From assembly GCF_033096445.1 (NCBI RefSeq), contig NZ_AP028155.1, positions 561,880 through 625,879 on the forward strand: a stretch of DNA of 64,000 nucleotides, given 5' to 3'. Below the pieces are notes generated by a model that was not told where the DNA came from, did not search any database, and saw only the letters and a list, made by a program, of their open reading frames with translations. Below, piece after piece: positions 50,790 to 61,400 of the stretch; the stretch's first letter is position 1, and each line of letters begins with the position of its first letter. Position numbers and translations under genes: made by a program. Origin of the DNA: Butyricimonas faecihominis. GTDB lineage: Bacteria > Bacteroidota > Bacteroidia > Bacteroidales > Marinifilaceae.

Positions 50790-51329
50790 TTAACTTGTGA
50801 CTTCATCGGCTGATAGGATTTCCCACAAATGTTTTTTCATGTCCACGTGGCCGTTGGGACGGAAGGTGACCCCTTCGTTTTCGAGTAGCGTCCGTTGTTC
50901 GGTCCATCCCGGTGCGGTCTGTCCGGCACTGTTCACGACACGGTGGCAGGGGAGCGTCTTGTCGTCCGGGGATTGTGCCATTGCCCGGCCTACCCACCGG
51001 GCGTGTTGCGGTCGTCCCGCCAGCGCGGCGATCCTGCCGTAGGTGAGTACTTTTCCCCGCGGGATCTGCCGGGTGATCTCGTACACGTCGTTGAAAAATT
51101 CCCGTAATGTTTCGTCCATATTCAATTCTTGCTCCAGCGTAAAGGTATTAAATTTATCGGTAACAATAGCTCGTGCAGGCTCGTTTCGTGTCAGGGCATG
51201 AAGGTGGAAAATCAAGGAACGCGCGGGGGTATACATAGAGCCTTTTTTCTTGACAAAAGTAATAAATAATGGAATTCCTGCCAGTTTTCGTGTAAGATGC
51301 TGGTTATCTTCACTGTAGGTTAACGTCAC
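50790..51329 (-). CDS. MGMT-family protein (methylated-DNA-protein-cysteine methyltransferase C-terminal domain). The functional start is probably the internal Met at 51119.
   Basis: Active-site motif PCHRVV and HTH YGRIAALAGRP. The first ~70 codons of the listed ORF show no MGMT N-domain similarity. Confidence 0.7.
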   Translation of the reverse strand: MTLTYSEDNQHLTRKLAGIPLFITFVKKKGSMYTPARSLIFHLHALTRNEPARAIVTDKFNTFTLEQELNMDETLREFFNDVYEITRQIPRGKVLTYGRIAALAGRPQHARWVGRAMAQSPDDKTLPCHRVVNSAGQTAPGWTEQRTLLENEGVTFRPNGHVDMKKHLWEILSADEVTS

Positions 51330-51340
51330 CTTCGGTAGTC

Positions 51341-51410
51341 ATTCGGTAAGTGTTCGACAAGTGTTCGATAAGTGTTCGACAAGTGTTCGATGTAAAAGCG
51401 AACACTTACC
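51341..51410. repeat. Iteron-like array: 11-bp tandem AAGTGTTCGA(C/T) x4, enclosed by the 12-bp perfect inverted repeat GGTAAGTGTTCG / CGAACACTTACC
   Basis: Direct reading of 51346-51410. Confidence 0.8.
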
Positions 51411-51510
51411 ATGCATGATTTGGTAATTTAACGAAAATTTAGTATATTTGTTGTTAAGGTGCCTTTAAGCATTGTTGGAGGATTACAGGAACGTTTAACA
51501 AGGAGGTGTT

Positions 51511-52233
51511 ATGAAAAAGAAGAAAAAAATCACGCGGCCGGCCGGCAAGCGACCGGAAACCACCCGTTGCGACGGGGTGACCACGTACTACCGGAAAGGT
51601 AAAGTATGCCATTGCAGTAGCAAACGCCCCCCCGGGTCGAGGGAGGAACGTGACCGCCGCCGCGCCGCCCGTACCTTGAACCAGCGCCAGCGGTCCAGCG
51701 TGTTCGCCCTCGTGTCGCGGCTCGTGAAAATCCTCACGCGAAAGCTGCGGGACCTCAACGCGTGGGTGTCCCTCGCGAAGGCAACGAACATGACTCCCGC
51801 GAATCTCTGCCACAAGGTCAACGGCACCGCGTGCGACGAGAACGGCGTGGCGAACTTCCGCGCCTTTATATTCAGCGTCGGGTGGCTCGCCGTGCCGCTC
51901 TTCACCCGCGTCACCCGTCGCGGCTGGGAGATCACCATCGAGTGGCGACCCCACGGCGTCCCCAACGAGACGAGGGACAAGGATACGCTTGTCATCGGCT
52001 ACTTCTACGATTCCTTGCCCGACGCGCCCCGCGTGCTTCACTTGCCCAACGTCACCCGTGCCGGACGGGTAGCCACGTTCACGCTGCCCGATCCCGTGAC
52101 GGCAACCGGCAAGCCCCTCTCCCCGGACGAGATTGTCCACCTTTATCCCTACGTGGCGGGTTTCGGGCAGGACGAGTTTTCCACTTCCGTCTATCTCCGT
52201 GTCGCCCGCGACGTTGACGAGATTCTAGGGTGA
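51511..52233 (+). CDS. Hypothetical protein, very GC-rich (about 66% GC, GC3 about 85%) with a lysine/arginine-rich N-terminus
   Basis: 240-aa ORF with coherent codon periodicity. N-terminus MKKKKKITRPAGKRP. Possible HTH-like segment LAKATNMTPANLCHKVNG. Preceded by AGGAGG-N5-ATG. The antisense ORFs are read as artefacts of the GC-rich sequence. Confidence 0.5.
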   Translation: MKKKKKITRPAGKRPETTRCDGVTTYYRKGKVCHCSSKRPPGSREERDRRRAARTLNQRQRSSVFALVSRLVKILTRKLRDLNAWVSLAKATNMTPANLCHKVNGTACDENGVANFRAFIFSVGWLAVPLFTRVTRRGWEITIEWRPHGVPNETRDKDTLVIGYFYDSLPDAPRVLHLPNVTRAGRVATFTLPDPVTATGKPLSPDEIVHLYPYVAGFGQDEFSTSVYLRVARDVDEILG

Positions 52234-52277
52234 GATCGCACCTTGAATGTTTTCCTAGTTTATAAACCTTATAAACC

Positions 52278-53855
52278 CTAAAATTCCGAGGTAAAGTGGA
52301 ACACCAGTTTCTTGTAATTCACTTGCGCCATTTGCAGCATGTACTGTGATTCGGCGAGAAATACGTCACGACCCCACTTGTCCTTGGCCATGTACTGTGC
52401 CTTGTGGAGACGGAAATCTTCCAATTCCTTCGGGTCGAGAGCCTCGATCCAGCAAGCCTTGTAAAGATTGATATTTTCCCAGCGACAGGCGGCGCTGTAC
52501 TCGTGCAGCAAACGGTACTCGATAACCTCGAACTGGAGCGCACCTACGGTTCCAATAATCTTACGATTGTTGAACTGGTTCGTGAATAATTGGGCCACCC
52601 CTTCGTCCATGAGCTGGTCGATACCCTTGGCCAGTTGCTTGGATTTCATGGGATCAGCGTTCTCGATGTATTTGAAGAGTTCCGGGGAGAAACTGGGAAT
52701 ACCCTTGAAATGAAGTTTCTCGCCTTCCGTCAGCGTGTCACCGATCTTGAAGTTACCCGTGTCGTGAAGACCCACGATGTCACCGGGGTACGCCTCGTCG
52801 ATAATGGATTTCTTGGATGCCATGAACGCCGTGGGGGTGGAGAACTTGAGGTTCTTGCCCAAGCCGACGTGCAGGTAGTTGGTGTTACGTCGGAACACGC
52901 CGGAACACACTTTCACGAAGGCGATACGGTCGCGGTGGTTGGGGTCCATGTTGGCGTGGATCTTGAAGACAAAACCGGTGAATTTCTCCTCGTCCGGTTG
53001 CACGAGACGCTCGTCCGTCTCGCGGGGAAGCGGGCTGGGAGCGATTTCGATGAAACAATCCAGCATCTCGCGGATACCGAAGTTGTTCAGTGCCGATCCG
53101 AAGAACACGGGGGCCAGTTGCCCGTCAAGGTATGCCTCCCGGTCGATGGCGGGGTACACTTCCCGAACGAGTTCGAGGTCTTCCCGCAACTTGTCGGCCG
53201 AGCGTTCACCAATATGCTCGTCGAGTTCGCCGGAATTGATGTCGTTGATCTCAATGCCATCCTGAATGGTCTGCACGCTTGCCGAGTAGAGGCAAAGGTT
53301 CTCGCGGTGTATGTTGTAAATACCCTTGAACTGGTCACCGTTACCGATGGGCCAGCTTAACGGGGTGACTTGTATTTGCAACTCTTTCTCGATCTCGTCC
53401 AGCAGGTCGAACGGGTCCTGACCGGGGCGGTCAAGTTTGTTGATAAACACGATGACCGGGGTTTTGCGCATCCGGCACACTTGCATCAGCTTGCGGGTCT
53501 GCGTCTCCACGCCTTTCGCTGAGTCAACGACGATAATCACGCTGTCGCAGGCCGTCAGCACGCGAAACGTGTCCTCGGCGAAGTCTTGGTGACCGGGGGT
53601 GTCAAGAATGTTGATCTTCACGTCCTTGTACTCGAAACCCATGACGGAAGTGGCCACGGAGATCCCTCTCTGGCGCTCGATCTCCATGAAGTCGGAGGTG
53701 GCCGTTTTCTTGATCTTGTTCGACTTCACGGCTCCCGCCACGTGTATGGCGCCACCGAAAAGCAATAATTTCTCCGTTAAGGTCGTTTTACCCGCGTCGG
53801 GGTGACTGATGATACCGAACGTGCGTCGTTTTAATATTTCTTCCTTGAAACCCAT
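52278..53855 (-). CDS. prfC: Peptide chain release factor 3
   Basis: GTPase G1 [17 protein letters not shown]3 DTPGHQDF, G4 NKLD. 525 aa. Confidence 0.9.
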   Translation of the reverse strand: MGFKEEILKRRTFGIISHPDAGKTTLTEKLLLFGGAIHVAGAVKSNKIKKTATSDFMEIERQRGISVATSVMGFEYKDVKINILDTPGHQDFAEDTFRVLTACDSVIIVVDSAKGVETQTRKLMQVCRMRKTPVIVFINKLDRPGQDPFDLLDEIEKELQIQVTPLSWPIGNGDQFKGIYNIHRENLCLYSASVQTIQDGIEINDINSGELDEHIGERSADKLREDLELVREVYPAIDREAYLDGQLAPVFFGSALNNFGIREMLDCFIEIAPSPLPRETDERLVQPDEEKFTGFVFKIHANMDPNHRDRIAFVKVCSGVFRRNTNYLHVGLGKNLKFSTPTAFMASKKSIIDEAYPGDIVGLHDTGNFKIGDTLTEGEKLHFKGIPSFSPELFKYIENADPMKSKQLAKGIDQLMDEGVAQLFTNQFNNRKIIGTVGALQFEVIEYRLLHEYSAACRWENINLYKACWIEALDPKELEDFRLHKAQYMAKDKWGRDVFLAESQYMLQMAQVNYKKLVFHFTSEF

Positions 53856-54009
53856 GCTGATTACGTGTTTTTTTTAGCGGGTGCAAAGATAGGAAAAGGA
53901 ATTCAGAATTGAAAATATGGAGGGATAGGATTGAAAATAAGGATTATTTTTCTTAAATTTGTGGAATATGGGGCGTTTCGTGAGGTAAAAGTGTAATTTA
54001 ATTGCAATT

Positions 54010-54597
54010 ATGAGAAGATGTATTTTTACTATCGTAATAGTAGGTTTTATGTGTGGATGCGAGAATGTTTTTGATGATGCTATCTTGAGTATGGATGAAG
54101 AGAAAATAGGCTTAACAAGTAATTCCGTTATTCCTCCTCCGATTACAAATAATTTTGTTGATTCATTTAGGTTTGCATTTGAAAGTGTTCAAATTATATT
54201 TAATTTAGAAACAGAATATGAACATTGGTATCTTGATAATCAGTTAACACAGATGGATCCGGTAGTAGTGATTACACGACCTCAATTTTTATTGCGTCAA
54301 TTTTATATCAAAAAAGAAAAAATTCGGGAGTATGATTGGAATGGATACCTTTTAATCGCTTTACATGAATGGTATCATATAGAGTATGGTTGTGGAGATA
54401 ACGAAAGGGATCATGAACGAATGCTAACGGATGTTGTCTATCACAGGTGGATTCAAAGAATTTTTGGTTGTAGAGAGAATCTTGCGAAGTATTTTGTTTA
54501 TATCGGGTTTGAAGATACTGAAAAGTATAAGGCTTTAAGCGATGAAGAAAAAATGCTTGTGGAGTTGATTAAAGTAAATTTTAGAATTAAAAAATAG
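54010..54597 (+). CDS. Hypothetical lipoprotein with an HExxH motif (HEWYH), a putative zinc metallopeptidase-like protein
   Basis: Lipobox IVGFMCGCEN. Motif LIALHEWYHIEYG. AT-rich with different codon usage from its neighbours. A TAAATTTG -7 box at 53954-53961. Confidence 0.55.
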   Translation: MRRCIFTIVIVGFMCGCENVFDDAILSMDEEKIGLTSNSVIPPPITNNFVDSFRFAFESVQIIFNLETEYEHWYLDNQLTQMDPVVVITRPQFLLRQFYIKKEKIREYDWNGYLLIALHEWYHIEYGCGDNERDHERMLTDVVYHRWIQRIFGCRENLAKYFVYIGFEDTEKYKALSDEEKMLVELIKVNFRIKK

Positions 54598-54601
54598 AAA
54601 A

Positions 54602-55171
54602 ATGATTAAACTGCTTACTTTGTTAATGCTTTTGGTTGAAGGCTCGGAACGGGATTCGACAGGTTGTGACGGAACAGGTATTCCGGCTTGTTTACAGGAA
54701 TATTTCCAACACGTGAAGGATAGCGTGAGAGAGCCGGATTTGAATGATGTTTTTATGGTGGTTAGCCCCGTGGAGAAGGGAAAGGGTGTTTATCGGGTGA
54801 CGTGGAACGATACGATGCAGTTTACGACGCCATCGATCGAGTATCATCTCGAAACAAAGGGATATTATTTCATGCTTGATCATGTTAATATTGACGGTAG
54901 CAAGATTGTTCACTCAAACTATCGGGGAAAGGGAGAAAAGCCGTTAGCCCTACCAAGATTTTCGGTACGGACGTTACCTAAGACATTTTTGTCGAAGGTA
55001 AAGGTTATGGATTTGAATAAACGATTCGAGGAAATGAAAGGGAGTAAAGAGAAGATGTTAGAGTTCAAGGAAGAGTTCGAGAAAAAACGAATATGGGTAG
55101 TAGATGAGACTTTTATGACGGGTGATTTAATCAGACTGGTTGAAACGAGTTTTGCATTCGTGACTATTTAA
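54602..55171 (+). CDS. Hypothetical secreted protein, co-transcribed partner of the HExxH lipoprotein
   Basis: 189 aa. N-terminal hydrophobic signal MIKLLTLLMLLVEG. 4-bp gap to the upstream gene. Same AT-rich composition. Confidence 0.5.
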   Translation: MIKLLTLLMLLVEGSERDSTGCDGTGIPACLQEYFQHVKDSVREPDLNDVFMVVSPVEKGKGVYRVTWNDTMQFTTPSIEYHLETKGYYFMLDHVNIDGSKIVHSNYRGKGEKPLALPRFSVRTLPKTFLSKVKVMDLNKRFEEMKGSKEKMLEFKEEFEKKRIWVVDETFMTGDLIRLVETSFAFVTI

Positions 55172-55315
55172 GAGTGTGATAAATCGAGTGAGAGGGGTAG
55201 GTGTGTTTGAAGGCGGCTTTTGATACACCTCTTTCTTTTTGTTGGAGAATGTCGTGGTTCGGGAAAAAAGAAGTACTTTTGTAATAGTTCGTGTCATTTT
55301 AATGAAAAAGAGACT

Positions 55316-56161
55316 ATGGAAAAGTATATAGGAGCGCACGTGAGTGCATCGGGAGGAGTGGAGAACGCGCCGTTGAACGCCCGCGAAATCGGGGCGACGG
55401 CTTTTGCCTTATTCACGAAGAACCAGCGGCAGTGGAAGGCGGCACCGCTGACGGCGGAGAGTATCGCACTGTTCAAAGAACGCTGCGAGGAATTCGGGTA
55501 CACGCCTCGACAGATATTGCCGCACGACAGTTATTTGATTAATCTCGGTAACCCGGATGCGGATGCGCTGGAGAAGTCGCGGGAGGCTTTCCTCGACGAG
55601 ATGCAGCGCTGCGAGCAGTTGGGGTTGGATCGGTTGAATTTTCACCCCGGCAGTACGTTGAAGAAGATCAGCGACGAGGAATGTCTGGCGCTGATCGCGG
55701 AGTCGATCAACCTGACGCTGGATAAGACCCGCGGCGTGACGGCGGTGATCGAGAACACGGCGGGACAGGGATCGAATCTCGGCTACACGTTCGAGCAGAT
55801 CGCCTATATTATCGACCGGGTGGAGGACAAGAGCCGGGTGGGCGTCTGCATTGATACCTGCCATTCTTTCGCCGCGGGTTACGATTTGGCGACATCGGGA
55901 GGATTCACCGAGACGTTCGAGCATTTCGACAACGTGATCGGGTTCAAGTACCTGCGGGGAATGCACCTGAACGATGCTAAAAAAGAGCTGGGTTCACGGG
56001 TGGACCGCCACGATAGTTTGGGAAAAGGAACGTTGGGCATAGAGCCTTTCAAGTGGATCATGGAGGACGAACGGTTTGACGGTATACCATTGATACTGGA
56101 AACGCCGGACGAGGCGTTGTGGCCGGAGGAAATACGGATGTTGAAGGGTTTCGTGAAATGA
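55316..56161 (+). CDS. nfo: Endonuclease IV (AP endonuclease, family 2)
   Basis: Starts [14 protein letters not shown]. Metal ligands in [11 protein letters not shown] ... HLNDAK... Nfo blocks throughout. The listed ORF start at 55220 is upstream read-through. Confidence 0.9.
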   Translation: MEKYIGAHVSASGGVENAPLNAREIGATAFALFTKNQRQWKAAPLTAESIALFKERCEEFGYTPRQILPHDSYLINLGNPDADALEKSREAFLDEMQRCEQLGLDRLNFHPGSTLKKISDEECLALIAESINLTLDKTRGVTAVIENTAGQGSNLGYTFEQIAYIIDRVEDKSRVGVCIDTCHSFAAGYDLATSGGFTETFEHFDNVIGFKYLRGMHLNDAKKELGSRVDRHDSLGKGTLGIEPFKWIMEDERFDGIPLILETPDEALWPEEIRMLKGFVK

Positions 56162-57132
56162 TACCGGTGCGTGCGTCTGTGAAATGGTTGTTGACGGCGG
56201 TGGTTGTCCTTTCGGAGATACCTCTCGTGGCACAAGTCTTGCCGGGGGAAGAGGGTATGCTTGAACGGGGAGGGCGCCTCCCCGGTGAGGTGAGCATGGA
56301 GGCGCTTGTCGACAGCGTGGCCCGGTGGGGGCGGACGGAACGGGAGAAAGTGATCGTGCTGGCGGGATGGTTCCGTGAGTACATGGCGATTGACGCCGGG
56401 AAGTTCCTCACGGGAGGGCCGGACGGGGATTACCGCGAGGTGTTGAAGGAGAGGAAAGGAATTTGCGGGGATTTCACGGGGTTGTTCGGGGAGTTATGCA
56501 ACAGGCTGGGGATCGAGAACGAGCGGGTGGAAGGGTACGTGGCGGAGGATGGTCGGGAGCGTGGGGAAACGTGTCGCCGGACGAATCACGTGTGGAATGC
56601 CGTGCAAGTGGCGGGAGAGTGGTGGCACGTCGATATGATGTGGGCCGTGGGAGCGTTGGGGAGAGATGCGGCGGGGGAATGGGTGTTCAGACGGCACTGG
56701 AACCCGGAGTACGTGTTGACGCGGGGAGAGCAATTTCTGACCACTCACATGCCGGCTGATCCGGCGTGGCAGTTGACCGACAGGCCGTACGCCATGGACG
56801 CGTTTATCGAGGGGAATTTGACGGAGGGTGAGCGGGGAGATTATTATAATTACACGGATAGTATCGCGGCCTTCCGGCGCTTGCCGAGGGATGAACGACA
56901 GATGCTTTTTGCCCGGCGGGCGAACCGTTTTAACCCGCGGAACAAGGAGGTGATGGCGGTGACATACTATAACGAGGCGGTTTTCCTGTTGAATTATAAC
57001 CGGAAGACGCAGGCCGTGTTGACCCGGGCGAGGGCGTATTTCAGGATCGCGGAAGAGTACGCTAGGGATTTGCCCGGCGTGAAAGAGAGTATTGACGAGG
57101 GACTCCGGAACGTGGAGGCTCTAATTAAATAG
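56158..57132 (+). CDS. Transglutaminase-like superfamily cysteine protease domain protein (secreted)
   Basis: Signal peptide [27 protein letters not shown]. Cys/His/Asp triad context GICGDF ... HVWNAV ... HVDMMW. ATGA overlap with the nfo stop. Confidence 0.7.
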   Translation: MIPVRASVKWLLTAVVVLSEIPLVAQVLPGEEGMLERGGRLPGEVSMEALVDSVARWGRTEREKVIVLAGWFREYMAIDAGKFLTGGPDGDYREVLKERKGICGDFTGLFGELCNRLGIENERVEGYVAEDGRERGETCRRTNHVWNAVQVAGEWWHVDMMWAVGALGRDAAGEWVFRRHWNPEYVLTRGEQFLTTHMPADPAWQLTDRPYAMDAFIEGNLTEGERGDYYNYTDSIAAFRRLPRDERQMLFARRANRFNPRNKEVMAVTYYNEAVFLLNYNRKTQAVLTRARAYFRIAEEYARDLPGVKESIDEGLRNVEALIK

Positions 57133-57135
57133 AGG

Positions 57136-58374
57136 ATGAAAATATTACATACTTCAGACTGGCACCTTGGAAAGCGGTTGAATGACCGGGAGCGTGCCGG
57201 AGAGCAAGTGGCCGTGATGGACGAGATTGTGCGGGTGGCTGACGAGGAGGCCGCGGATGCGGTGATCGTGGCGGGGGACTTGTTCGACACGTTTAACCCA
57301 CCCGTGGAGGCGATCGAGTTGCTTTACCGCACGTTGCATCGGTTGGCACGGGGCGGGCAGCGTTTGGTGGTGGCTATTGCCGGGAATCACGATTCACCGG
57401 ACCGGGTGGATTCGCCCGACGTGCTGGCACGGGAGAGCGGGATTTTCTTTGCCGGGAACCCGATGATCGTGTCGCAGGAGACGCGAACGGAAGGCGGGGT
57501 GACGTTGGTCCGGTCGGACGAGGGGTTTGCCGAGTTCCGATTGCCGGGGTTCGATTACCCGTTGCGGGTGCTACTTACCCCTTACACGAACGGGCAACGG
57601 GCCAAACGCTACATGGGCACGGAGGATGCCGACGAGGGGTTGCGGGTTTTCCTGCGGGATCATTGGGCAGGGTTGGCCAACAAGTATTGCGACACGGAGG
57701 GGGTGAACCTGTTGGTGGCCCATCTTTTCATGGCGAGGGAGGGCGGTGAGTTGCCCGAAGAGCCGGAGGACGAGCGACCGATCAATATCGGTGGTGCCGA
57801 TGTCATCTATACTTCGTTGATTCCTCCCGCCATGCAGTACGCCGCGCTGGGACACCTGCATCGCTGGCAAACGGTGGACACGGAGCCTTGTCCCGCAGTA
57901 TATAGCGGTAGTCCCTTGAGTTACAGTTTCAGCGAGGCCGAGCAGGATAAATACGTGACGCTCGTGGACCTTGAACCGGGATGTCCGGCTCGTGTCACGA
58001 AGCGTCGGCTGACGAGCGGGCGTCCCTTGGTGCGTGGCCGTTTCGAGGGGGTGGAGGCTGCCTTGCAATGGCTCGCGGAACATCTCGACACGTGGGTAGA
58101 ACTGACCGTTGCCACGGATATTTTCCTTACGGCTCAAGAAGTGAAATCTCTGCACGCCGCGCATGACGGTATTGTTTGTATCATCCCGGATGTGCGTGAC
58201 GCTTCTCTCGTGAACGATCGTGTGGCTTCTATCCACGACTTGCGCTCGGACGTTAACGCCCTCTTTGCCGAGTACTTCCGCCAGCGCAAGGGACAGGAAC
58301 CGAATGAAGAAATCAGGTCGCTTTTCCGCGAGGCGTTGTCGATGGATGGCGATTCGAGGAAAAGTGACAGTTAA
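57136..58374 (+). CDS. sbcD: Exonuclease SbcCD, nuclease subunit D
   Basis: Calcineurin-like motifs (MKILHTSDWHLG, GDLFD, GNHD). 412 aa. Confidence 0.9.
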   Translation: MKILHTSDWHLGKRLNDRERAGEQVAVMDEIVRVADEEAADAVIVAGDLFDTFNPPVEAIELLYRTLHRLARGGQRLVVAIAGNHDSPDRVDSPDVLARESGIFFAGNPMIVSQETRTEGGVTLVRSDEGFAEFRLPGFDYPLRVLLTPYTNGQRAKRYMGTEDADEGLRVFLRDHWAGLANKYCDTEGVNLLVAHLFMAREGGELPEEPEDERPINIGGADVIYTSLIPPAMQYAALGHLHRWQTVDTEPCPAVYSGSPLSYSFSEAEQDKYVTLVDLEPGCPARVTKRRLTSGRPLVRGRFEGVEAALQWLAEHLDTWVELTVATDIFLTAQEVKSLHAAHDGIVCIIPDVRDASLVNDRVASIHDLRSDVNALFAEYFRQRKGQEPNEEIRSLFREALSMDGDSRKSDS

Positions 58375-58475
58375 AAGATAAAAGTTAAAAACTAAAAGAT
58401 GAAACTTTCTAAATTATCCCCCGTGGTTGTCTTCGGTAAGTTACAAGTTCTATCATTTTCAATTTTCAATTTCCT

Positions 58476-61400
58476 ATGTTGCCCGTTAAATTAACTCTTG
58501 AAGGTATTTACTCCTACCGGGAGCGCCAGACGATAGATTTTACCCGCTTGACGGAAGCCCGGTTGTTCGGGATATTCGGTCCGGTGGGGAGCGGAAAATC
58601 GACGATATTGGAGGCGATGATCTATGCCATTTACGGTACGATTGACCGTTTGAATAATGACGTGAAATATAACGTGATGAACCTGCAATCCGACCGCCTG
58701 TTCGTGGACTTCGAGTTCCGGGCGGGAGAGGACGGACGATTGTACCGGGCGACGGTAGAGTGCAGGCGGAACAAGAAGAGGTTCGCTGACGTGAGTTCGC
58801 CGAAGTACCTTTACCACGTGTGGGAGGGCGACGAGTGGTTGCCCTGTATGCGGGAAGAAGTGGTCGGGGCGATCGGGCTGACGGCACAGAATTTCAAACG
58901 GGTGGTGATTATCCCGCAGGGGAAGTTTCAGGAGTTCCTGATGTTGCGGGACAAGGAGCGTACCGATATGATGATGGAGCTTTTCGGGGAACTCCGGCGC
59001 TATGATCTGGGTGGGCGAGTGGCTTACTTGGAGGGGGAGACGACCCGGCGGGTGATCGATTTGCGGGGACAACTCACGGGATTGGGTGAGGTGAGCGGAG
59101 AGCAGTTGGCCGAGCGGAAACAGCGTTACGCGGCCTTGCAGGAAGAGATTGCCGGGGTGAAAAAAGAGATTCACGAGGGGCAGGAGCAAATGGAGAGGGG
59201 GAAGAAAGTGAAACAACTCACCGACGAGCGGGTGGCACGACAGGAAGAGGAACGAAAGCTGTTGGAACAACGGGAGGCGATGGCAGGTTTGCAGGCTCGC
59301 ATGGACGAGTACGAGCGATGTTTGCAACAGTTCCAGCAACCGTTGAGCCGCCACGACGAGACGGGGCGGCGGTTGGCAGAGTCTGCGCGGGTGTTGTCCG
59401 GTTACCGGGAGCAACTGACCGCTAAACAGGCCGAGCTTACCCGTTTCTCCGGGCAATTCTCTCAATTGAAACAGGCGTACGAGGGACGGGATGTGTTGAA
59501 AGAGCGTGCCGGACAATTGGAACGGTTGCTGCATTTACGTGCGATAAGCAAGGAGCAGGATGAATTGAAGGAGCGACACCGCAAGGGTGAAGAAATCGTG
59601 GTGGCGACGAGGCGGGAGATCGAGGTGTTACAGGAGCAGTTACGAGAACAGAAAGAGAGGTTAGAACAGTTGAACCAGTCGATTCCCGATATGAAGATGT
59701 TATCGGATATTCGGGAATGGTATAATATACAACAGCATCTCCGGGAAGAGTTGACCCGTTGGCAGGAAGAGTTAGCCGGGGTGGATAAGGAAATCGCCCG
59801 GGAGGAAGGGGAGGTGCGGATGGTACAGGAGCAGTATCCCGCATTCGGGACGTTACAGGCCATGACACGCGAGGCGTTGCAGGAGGCTTGCCGGGAGAGG
59901 CAGGAACAACTTGCCGCCACCGTGCAGAAGATGCGGGAGGAGTGGTTACATTTAAGTACCCGCCAGCGATTGGTGGATTTCGCAAGGGAGTTGTCGGAGG
60001 GTGAACCTTGTCCCCTTTGCGGGGCCTTGTCGCATCCCGCACCCTTGCACGTCACGGAAGTCGAGGGGGAGTTGAAGGAGAAGGCCGACCGTGTCGCGGG
60101 CTTGGAGGAAGAAGGGAAGATGTTGGAACGGATGATGTCCCGTCTGGCCGTGATCGGGGAACGGTTGCGATCGGCAGGGGAACGGAAAGAACAAATCATC
60201 CGACAGCAGGCTGTTGTGCGGGAACGGTTACGGGAGCATCTGACCCGTTTCGCGTGGGAAGGGTTTACGCCCGATAATATGCAGTACTTGACAGATGAGA
60301 TGAACCGGGTGGCGCTTTTGAATAAGGAGAAAGGGGAGCGGGAGATGGTACGCGGGAACACGGAGAAGAGCATCGAGCAGAAACGAGTGAATCTTGAAAA
60401 GTACGTCGCCCGTCTTGACGAGATCAGCCGGGAGATCGTGCAGCGGGATTCACAGACCGGGTTGTTGCGGGAGCAGCAGGCGGGGTTCGATGGGAAGGAG
60501 TACGAGGGGTTGCCCGACACGGAAGTCGGTAAGGAGCTGGAAGGATGTAGGCAGCGTTTCGATCAGGTCGGGCTGGATTATCAACGGGATGCCGCACGGT
60601 TGCAGGTGATCGAGGCGGATTTCCGGAAGTGGGAAGGGAGCGTGGAGGAAAAAAGTAAGGAGGTGACCCGTTTGCAGCAGGAATTGGAAGAGGAAGTACA
60701 GGAGTTGGAACGTTTGTTGAAAGATTCGGCTTATCCCGATCTGGCTGCGGTTCGGGAGGTGCTGGCTGGTAAGCTGGATTTACCCGGGGTGCGGGGAGAG
60801 ATTAACCGTTACCGGGAGCAGGTTCACGCCGTGCAGGTTCGGAAAGCGGAGTTAGAGGTGTTGCTTGCCGGGGTATCTTATAACGAGGAAGAACACGTTG
60901 CGCTATGTCAACGGGTGGAGGCCGCGTTGGTACGGGAACGGGAAATGCTGGCAGAACAGGGAGCTTTAGGGAACCAGATTAAGGATATGGAAACCCGTGT
61001 TGCGGCCCGGGAGAAGATCGGGCGAGAGTTGGAAGGTTTGGAGTTACGGTTGACGAATTTGCAGATGTTGAAGGGGTTGTTCCGGGGGAATGATTTCGTG
61101 AAGTTCGTTTCGTCTATTTACTTGCAGAATCTCTGTAACGCGGCGAACGAGCGTTTTTACCGGATGACCCGCCAGCGCTTGAAACTGGAGTTGAGCGAGG
61201 AAAATGATTTCGTGGTACGTGATTTCATGAACGAGGGGCGAGTGAGGAGCGCCCGCACGCTTTCCGGGGGACAGGTGTTCCAAGCCTCGTTGTCTCTGGC
61301 GCTGGCATTGACGGATAATATCCGCCATTTGACAGGGAGTAGCCAGAACTTTTTCTTTCTGGATGAAGGGTTCGGTTCGCTGGACCGGGAGTCGTTGAGT

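Noticed and set aside
51454-52140. A 228-aa minus-strand ORF overlapping the GC-rich 51511-52233 ORF
   Set aside because: Its amino-acid composition (Gly/Ala/Arg/Pro-rich, low complexity) is typical of a wrong-strand reading of GC-rich DNA. The plus-strand frame has better periodicity and a start context.
52590-53360. A 256-aa plus-strand ORF within prfC
   Set aside because: Antisense to the RF3 GTPase gene with no independent support.
58491-60520. Minus-strand ORFs of 347 and 352 aa inside sbcC
   Set aside because: Antisense shadows. Their low-complexity Arg/Ser/Pro-rich translations are typical of the GC-rich wrong strand.
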